Virus record (IMG/VR): IMGVR_UViG_3300025103_003763
Location: 1 to 36,766 of that record
Direction: 5' to 3' (one strand)
DNA length: 36,766 nt
From: a virus
Lineage: Duplodnaviria > Caudoviricetes
The notes under the pieces were generated by a model, which saw nothing but the letters and a program-made list of their open reading frames with translations, was not told the DNA's origin and searched no databases. Below are positions 35,872 to 36,766 of this stretch, piece by piece. The position numbers and the translations under genes are program-made. Each line of letters begins with the position of its first letter. The stretch's first letter is position 1.

Positions 35872-36054
35872 GTGTATAATGACATTATTGTTAACGGTTT
35901 GCCCATAATAGTTAGCGGTCATACGGTTGAAATTTACGATTACCTAGATGACGTATCTAATGAAGAAGCTATGATTGTCGTTAGTTATTTATATGAGGAG
36001 GGCTTTCTTTCAGGGAATTATGCAGATTACAAAATAATAAGAGGTGACTCATAG
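35872..36054 (+). CDS. Small acidic hypothetical protein
   Basis: 60 aa ORF ending in YLYEEGFL... Confidence 0.6.
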   Translation: MYNDIIVNGLPIIVSGHTVEIYDYLDDVSNEEAMIVVSYLYEEGFLSGNYADYKIIRGDS

Positions 36055-36077
36055 TTTTAAAATGATATATTAATCTT

Positions 36078-36766
36078 ATGAGAGTGTTATTTATCTCTGA
36101 TCACGTTAGAGAATATCCTTCTACTATTTGTATGGCCTTAGAGCCAATAGAATATTTGAGTAGAAATGGTATAAATGCTTCATTTCTAGAGGAGAAAGAG
36201 GTTTCAGGAAATGAAGACTCTGCGTTTCAAGATTTAGATATAGTCGTATTTGTTAAAGCCTGTAACGTTCAATTATTAAAAAAAGCCTACAATCAAAACA
36301 TAAAAACTGTTTGGTACGCGGATGAATCTTTAATGTCTGAGTACGAAACGATGCTAAATAATAAACATTATTTACATTCAATAATTTCTACGTGTGAGCC
36401 TTATACAGATAAATGTAAAAGTTTAGGGTTTGTATCTCAGAAATTTCAAACTGTATACCACCATCATTGTAATTTTTTAAACGAAACTCCTGACTTTAAT
36501 AGTGAAGTAAAAAATGTTGGTTTTATAGGCATGGATGATCAGCTTCATCGTAAAGAAGATTTTAGAACTTTTTTAAATACTTATAATTGTAAATTGATAA
36601 CTAATCAAAGCGCGGCAGCTTTTAAGATTGATTTATTTTCTACTTTAAGAACTTTAGATTTAGGATTGATTTTTTTAGACAAAGATAAGGATGAGGGGTT
36701 AGCTGGTTTTGAAAAAACTTGGGGAGACAGAATGAAGTATCGCTCTAATACAAAAATATCTAATTT
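36078..36766 (+). CDS. GT-B glycosyltransferase-like protein, paralog 2 (3' partial, not in the ORF track)
   Basis: Manual translation MRVLFISDHVREYPS...DIVVFVK...IISTCE...YHHHCNFLN...NVGFIG...QLHRK...RSNTKISN aligns with 34902-35855; the frame is open to the window end. Confidence 0.85.
   Translation, partial: MRVLFISDHVREYPSTICMALEPIEYLSRNGINASFLEEKEVSGNEDSAFQDLDIVVFVKACNVQLLKKAYNQNIKTVWYADESLMSEYETMLNNKHYLHSIISTCEPYTDKCKSLGFVSQKFQTVYHHHCNFLNETPDFNSEVKNVGFIGMDDQLHRKEDFRTFLNTYNCKLITNQSAAAFKIDLFSTLRTLDLGLIFLDKDKDEGLAGFEKTWGDRMKYRSNTKISN

Noticed and set aside
1-36766. Alternative genetic code (stop-codon reassignment, seen in some large phages)
   Set aside because: Standard-code ORFs tile the window densely, and TAA, TAG and TGA all end genes at sensible positions.
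1-36766. tRNA, rRNA or structured ncRNA genes
   Set aside because: Intergenic gaps are short (at most about 115 nt) and AT-rich, with no cloverleaf or T-loop signature seen; a covariance-model search was not possible.

Overview
AT-rich, gene-dense, almost entirely + strand segment that most likely comes from a large (jumbo-type) dsDNA bacteriophage rather than a cellular chromosome. This is inferred from the compact phage-style replication module, the many small orphan ORFs, stop/start overlaps and the absence of housekeeping context. From left to right: (1) the 3' part of a very large (>1,470 aa, open off the left edge) Cys-rich protein with a beta-barrel-like core; (2) a replication module (4.5-13.1 kb) with DnaB helicase, DnaG-like primase, a PD-(D/E)xK Cas4/RecB-like nuclease, a family-C DNA polymerase split into three genes (stand-alone PHP domain, DnaQ-like exonuclease, PHP-less DnaE core) and a probable Whirly-fold ssDNA-binding protein with an SSB-like acidic tail; (3) a mosaic glycosyltransferase, two exported proteases, small head-morphogenesis-type and membrane proteins and two nucleases (13.1-19.5 kb); (4) a glycan synthesis/decoration island of at least 17 kb (19.5 kb to the right edge) with RmlA, RmlB, a plant/giant-virus-type NRS/ER epimerase-reductase, DegT aminotransferase, GNAT, methyltransferases, CE4 deacetylase, sulfotransferase, a StrG-like dioxygenase, two Maf/DUF115-like paralogs, and GT2, GT60, GT11, RgpF-like and GT-B transferases. 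Two promoter classes are visible by eye: sigma70-like TTGAC-17-TAnnnT promoters sitting only 6-9 nt before start codons (leaderless), and a GTGTA(A/T) motif 12-16 nt before other start codons (candidate phage late promoter). No tRNA, rRNA or CRISPR array was recognised. All product calls come from motif recognition by eye, not from database searches.
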